From contig JBEVWG010000066.1 in NCBI GenBank assembly GCA_040506705.1, positions 2,982 through 66,981 of the forward strand: 64,000 nucleotides of DNA, in the 5' to 3' direction. Of the stretch, positions 60,182-64,000 are shown one piece after another. The stretch comes from Candidatus Thiodiazotropha sp. 6PLUC1 (GTDB lineage: Bacteria; Pseudomonadota; Gammaproteobacteria; Chromatiales; Chromatiaceae). Numbering within the stretch: the first letter of the stretch is position 1; every line of letters begins with the position of its first letter. The position numbers and the translations under genes were made by a program. The notes beneath the pieces were generated by a model. It was not told the origin of the DNA. It ran no database searches and saw nothing but the letters and a program-made list of their open reading frames with translations.

Positions 60182-61174
60182 ATGACCTCTTTTAACGCAT
60201 TTCGTATACACTTCGACAATTCACAACACTCTGCCGGCGTTGAAGAGCTGCTTCTGGCGCCACCGGATAAAGGTGAAGTGTTGATCCGGGTGCAATACTC
60301 CAGCATCAACTACAAGGATGCCCTGGCCGGCACTGGCAAGGGAAAAATATTGAGACACTTTCCTCTCACTGGGGGTATCGATGCCGCAGGAGAGGTAGCA
60401 GAGAGCAATGACAGGCGCTTCAAGGAAGGCGACCCGGTGATTGTTACAGGCTATGAGCTCTCGGCAACCTCTGATGGTGGCTATGCTGAATATCTCAGAG
60501 TACCTGCTGACTGGGTTATTCCTCTACCCGAGGGGCTTACCCTGGCTCAATCAATGGGGCTTGGTACAGCAGGCTTTACCGCAGCTTTGGCGCTGCACCG
60601 GATGGAAATCAACGGCCAACGTCCGGATATGGGCCCTATTCTGGTAACAGGTGCGACGGGGGGGGTCGGCTGTCTCGCAGTCAATATATTCGACGGCGAA
60701 GGTTTCGATGTCCATGCCGTTACGGGAAAGCAGGAGCAACATGCATTTCTGCAACACCTCGGTGCTCAAGAGATACTTGGACGGGAACAGATCACATCCT
60801 CTCACCACGCTTTGGAACGCGCACTCTGGGGTGGAGCTGTGGATAGTGTGGGCGGTGAAATGCTCTCTAGCATCGCCTGCAAGATTAAACCCTGGGGTAA
60901 CATCGCCTCCATTGGCCTGGCTGGTGGACATGTATTGAATACTACAGTGATGCCCTTCATTCTTAGAGGCGTCAGCCTGCTGGGTATCGATTCTGCCAGC
61001 GCTCCTTATGATATTCGCATGGAGATATGGCAGCGTCTTGCAACAGACCTAAAACCGAGACACTTGGATGATATCGTTCAACAGAGTGTCAGCCTGGAGC
61101 AACTACCTGATACCTTTGAGCGTATGCTGACAGGAGAGATACACGGTCGAACCCTGGTGGAAATCCAGGAGTAA
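60182..61174 (+). CDS. acuI: YhdH/AcuI-family MDR oxidoreductase (acrylyl-CoA reductase-like)
   Basis: 330 aa. YSSINYKDALAGTGKGKILRHFPLTGGIDAAGEV is typical of the YhdH subfamily. Confidence 0.82.
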   Translation: MTSFNAFRIHFDNSQHSAGVEELLLAPPDKGEVLIRVQYSSINYKDALAGTGKGKILRHFPLTGGIDAAGEVAESNDRRFKEGDPVIVTGYELSATSDGGYAEYLRVPADWVIPLPEGLTLAQSMGLGTAGFTAALALHRMEINGQRPDMGPILVTGATGGVGCLAVNIFDGEGFDVHAVTGKQEQHAFLQHLGAQEILGREQITSSHHALERALWGGAVDSVGGEMLSSIACKIKPWGNIASIGLAGGHVLNTTVMPFILRGVSLLGIDSASAPYDIRMEIWQRLATDLKPRHLDDIVQQSVSLEQLPDTFERMLTGEIHGRTLVEIQE

Positions 61175-61182
61175 TCCAGTCA

Positions 61183-61205
61183 GAAGGGTGCGCCCCAGCC
61201 GCACC
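61183..61205 (+). repeat. REP family B copy (GAAG head variant)
   Basis: GAAGGGTGCGCCCCAGCCGCACC, 9 nt after the acuI stop. Confidence 0.7.
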
Positions 61206-61328
61206 ATTCTCCTCATAAGCTATCGGCCTGTGGCTTGTCCAACTATTTAAAAATCCACCTGACCACCCTTCAAAATCAGGAACCTGCTATTGAAATGGAG
61301 CGGTCAACTTATTTTTTTAGGATAAAAT

Positions 61329-61408
61329 GTAGCCTGGATGGAGCGCAGCGGAATCCGGGAAGAGATGTGTCGGATAACCCGGATTCCGCTGCGCTCCATC
61401 CAGGCTAC
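61329..61408. repeat. 80-bp perfect palindrome built from two 31-bp GTAG-headed units (REP family C)
   Basis: GTAGCCTGGATGGAGCGCAGCGGAATCCGGG, an 18-nt spacer, then the exact reverse complement. Confidence 0.9.
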
Positions 61409-61513
61409 GGCGCTGTTTAAAATCCACCTGATTAGCCTGCAAAGTCAGCTATGGTGATAGTTAAAGATGTGCGGAAGGTTGCAGGTGGTTTTTATGAGTT
61501 ACCAGGGTGATTT

Positions 61514-61572
61514 GGTGGAGCATGGCCCCACCCCACCTGTCGATAAAGTGTAGGGTGGGGCCATGCCCCACC
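61514..61572. repeat. Inverted pair of REP family A copies
   Basis: GGTGGAGCATGGCCCCACCCCAC (degenerate) at 61514-61536 and GTAGGGTGGGGCCATGCCCCACC at 61550-61572. Confidence 0.8.
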
Positions 61573-61636
61573 AATTGCTCTGCCCGCATATTACGTATAT
61601 AGAGGTTGATACTCTTTTTCTGAGTATGGAGGGTAG

Positions 61637-62857
61637 TCAGGAAAATCTATACCCCTTCGGCACTACAACAACACCTTTGTCTGAAATAGTGAAACGCGCT
61701 TGATCCTGATCTTTATCGAAACCTATTCGCTCACCAGGCGGAACAACAACCCCCTTATCGACAATACAGTTTTCCAACTCAGCGCCATCCCCAACCTTGA
61801 CACCTTCGAAAAGAATAGAGTTATGGATCACTGCTTCATCGCCAATATAAACATTGGGAAACAGAATCGAACGCTGAACACTACCCCCTACAATCACCAC
61901 CCCATTGGCAACGATTGAGTTGATAAAGATACCTTCACTACCCGTCACACCCGGTACAGTTCGGGCTGGTGGATATTGAGCATGATGGGTTCGTATCGGC
62001 CACTCCGGCTGATAGAGATCCAATGCAGGTTGCGGATCAAGCAACTGCATGTTCGCCTCATAGTAACTGTCCAGGGTACCTACATCCCGCCAATAGCGAT
62101 CTGGGCTTACACGACCAGCCTCACCACCAAAACGATAGGCATAGATCCCAGCTTCATCGATCAGTTTCGGCAGAATGTCGTAACCGAAATCGTGCCCGGA
62201 ATCATCCCTTATATGGTCTTCTTCAAGAATTGAGATCAGCCGATCGATAGAAAACACATAGATCCCCATCGATACCAGGGCACTCTCCTCACCCGGTTTT
62301 AAGGGTGTTGGCCGCTCAGGCTTCTCTTGGAAATCAGTCACACGCCCCTGATCATCCACCCCCATCACACCGAACTGACTCGCTTCAGCCAGGGGCACCT
62401 CCATACCTGCCAAGGTGACCCCGGAGCTATGTTCTTCATGAAAGGCCAGCATCGGCGCATAATCCATACGGTAGATATGATCACCAGAGAGGATCAGAAT
62501 CCGCTCAGCACCGCTGCGCTTGAGCATATAGAGGTTTTGGTAGACCGCATCAGCAGTACCGTCATACCAACTGCCACCGGTTCTCATCTGTGGTGGAACA
62601 GCGGTTATATATTCACCCAGCTCCGGGTTAAACAGAGACCATCCATCCCTCAGGTGCTTCTGTAAAGAGTGGGATTTGTATTGGGTCAATACCAATACTC
62701 TTCTCAGACCGGAGTGCAGACAATTCGCCAGGGTAAAATCGACTATTCGGTATTGCCCACCAAAGGGCACCGCCGGTTTGGTTCGTTCCTGAGTCAGGGG
62801 TTTTAAACGGGAACCATGTCCTCCGGCAAGTATTACCGTCACTGTTTTATCTAGCAT
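61637..62857 (-). CDS. glgC: Glucose-1-phosphate adenylyltransferase
   Basis: N-terminal ILAGGHGSRLKPLTQERTKPAVPFGG, and a C-terminal left-handed beta-helix region. Confidence 0.95.
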   Translation of the reverse strand: MLDKTVTVILAGGHGSRLKPLTQERTKPAVPFGGQYRIVDFTLANCLHSGLRRVLVLTQYKSHSLQKHLRDGWSLFNPELGEYITAVPPQMRTGGSWYDGTADAVYQNLYMLKRSGAERILILSGDHIYRMDYAPMLAFHEEHSSGVTLAGMEVPLAEASQFGVMGVDDQGRVTDFQEKPERPTPLKPGEESALVSMGIYVFSIDRLISILEEDHIRDDSGHDFGYDILPKLIDEAGIYAYRFGGEAGRVSPDRYWRDVGTLDSYYEANMQLLDPQPALDLYQPEWPIRTHHAQYPPARTVPGVTGSEGIFINSIVANGVVIVGGSVQRSILFPNVYIGDEAVIHNSILFEGVKVGDGAELENCIVDKGVVVPPGERIGFDKDQDQARFTISDKGVVVVPKGYRFS

Positions 62858-63258
62858 CGGATCGCTTCCTATTGTTATTTCGCTATCGGATAAGTCACTA
62901 GCAATAAACAGTCCTAGAGGATATTTTCTTGCATCGATGATTGTAACCTAAAACAATTCACTGTTTTCTATCATCGCTTATGATTATAACCCTGAAGATG
63001 ATTCAGAATGATGCACCATTAAGCATCATGGATTTTGGATCAATCTGATCGATGCACTTTGAAAGCGCACAGACCATTTGAGATAGAGACAATCAGGCAT
63101 ACTCAGAATTTGTCAGGCCTGAGGTGAGATTGATTGAAAATGGGCCAATTCATGATGTGAAGCACAGGCACAAACCCGCAACTCCACATCCTCTCACATG
63201 GAAGCGTATACTTTTACGACGAATTGTCGATCACAGACCTGATCAGAGCCTCGTTAGG

Positions 63259-63468
63259 CTAATGCTGCCGATACCCAGAGTCCAGCCAACACTGGGGAAG
63301 TGGTTCGCCTGAAGGGAATTGCATCTGTTCTTTCAGAAACTTTTCCGCATCCTGCATCTCTTCACCAGCATGGAAACGTCCCACGATCTCTTTGTGGTTG
63401 GGGTTGAACAGATCGGGCATGCTCAGTACTTCAACCAATCTTTCACTATTTTTTTGCATTAGAAACAT
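63259..63468 (-). CDS. Hypothetical small protein (69 aa)
   Basis: ATG at 63468 preceded by AGGAGG at the optimal 6-nt spacing. I recognised no family. Confidence 0.45.
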   Translation of the reverse strand: MFLMQKNSERLVEVLSMPDLFNPNHKEIVGRFHAGEEMQDAEKFLKEQMQFPSGEPLPQCWLDSGYRQH

Positions 63469-63636
63469 TGAAAACCTCCTGCAGTTCCAGATGGGGAACA
63501 ACGCTTAGCCTCTACCATTAATTATGGTTTAGCCGCTTCGATTTTCAATGTATCTAAGCCCTGATTCCATTCCGGGTATTATTATCTGATCATCTCAAGA
63601 ACCTGATACTCAGCGACCAAATACCTAGCCGATCAA

Positions 63637-64000
63637 CTAAAGCTCCCTGGTGGACATGAAATCCACATCCGGCCAGCGTTCAATAGCCAGATCAAGATTT
63701 ACCCGTGTGGGTGCGAGATAGACCAGCTGGTCATCTCCATCCAAAGCCAGATTGTCATGGTTCTTCTGCTTGAACTGCTCAAGCATCTTTTCATCTTCAC
63801 ATTCGATCCAACGTGTGTTTGCCACGTTCACAGGCTCAACGATCGCCTCGACCTTATATTCATGCTTGAGTCGTTCAACAGCCACATCGAACTGCAGAAC
63901 ACCCACTGCGCCAAGAATAAGATCATTGTTCTTCATTGGACGAAAAACCTGTGTAGCGCCCTCTTCGCATAACTGCAGCACACCTTTCAAAAGGGCCTTT
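63637..64000 (-). CDS. prfC: Peptide chain release factor 3, C-terminal part (gene runs off the window)
   Basis: The C-terminal sequence (...[22 protein letters not shown]...[14 protein letters not shown]) matches RF3. The ORF is open to the window end. Confidence 0.88.
   Translation of the reverse strand, partial: KALLKGVLQLCEEGATQVFRPMKNNDLILGAVGVLQFDVAVERLKHEYKVEAIVEPVNVANTRWIECEDEKMLEQFKQKNHDNLALDGDDQLVYLAPTRVNLDLAIERWPDVDFMSTREL

Noticed and set aside
54550-61174. sucAB is followed by a class I fumarase and acuI rather than by lpdA/sucCD.
   Set aside because: Gene order in TCA-cycle loci varies widely, and lpd is commonly encoded elsewhere. I do not consider this unusual.
61235-61420. 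A 61-aa ORF (…DGAQRNPGRDVSDNPDSAALHPGYG).
   Set aside because: It is entirely the read-through of the 80-bp perfect palindrome, so it is not a gene.
61183-61572. Possible CRISPR array, because of repeated GC-rich palindromic units. The same question applies to 32638-32795.
   Set aside because: The units belong to different families, occur in both orientations with irregular spacing, and have no cas genes nearby. They are REP/BIME elements.

Overview
Chromosomal window from a motile gammaproteobacterium. I cannot name the species from sequence alone. The ends are conserved housekeeping blocks. On the left: lon-clpX-clpP-tig, tRNA-Leu, parC, the rpsP-rimM-trmD-rplS operon and ffh. On the right: sucAB, a class I fumarase, acuI, glgC and a partial prfC. 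The centre (about 21.9-49.5 kb) is a polar-flagellum 'region I' with Vibrio/Pseudomonas-like order: fliC-flaG-fliD-fliS-fliT, flgL back to flgF, flgE back to flgB, cheR, cheV, flgA, flgM and flgN. I found candidate sigma-54 promoters for flgB, flgF and flgA, and sigma-28 promoters for fliC and flgM.

The regions most worth a second look:
1. An AT-richer, flagellin-linked glycan island (21.9-28.5 kb). It encodes a TPR-GT41 glycosyltransferase, a DegT aminotransferase, an ATP-grasp enzyme, a Gfo/Idh/MocA oxidoreductase and an FkbM methyltransferase. No pseudaminic or legionaminic acid genes are present.
2. A lysine-acetylation theme. A Pat-type acetyltransferase sits divergent from an HDAC-family deacetylase. 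A second HDAC-family gene splits the flg cluster. The pat and second-HDAC 5' regions share a sequence motif.
3. A 1.1-kb REP-rich non-coding gap between fliC and flgL, with a C9 tract.
4. An arsS radical-SAM operon with two transferase genes and no arsM in the window. It overlaps tail-to-tail with a gene for an IPTL-CTERM-like secreted protein.
5. Several GTAG-headed REP families with no RAYT transposase gene in the window.

I saw no CRISPR array, integrase, transposase, prophage or recognisable defence or toxin system. All family assignments come from motif and synteny recognition by eye, not from searches.
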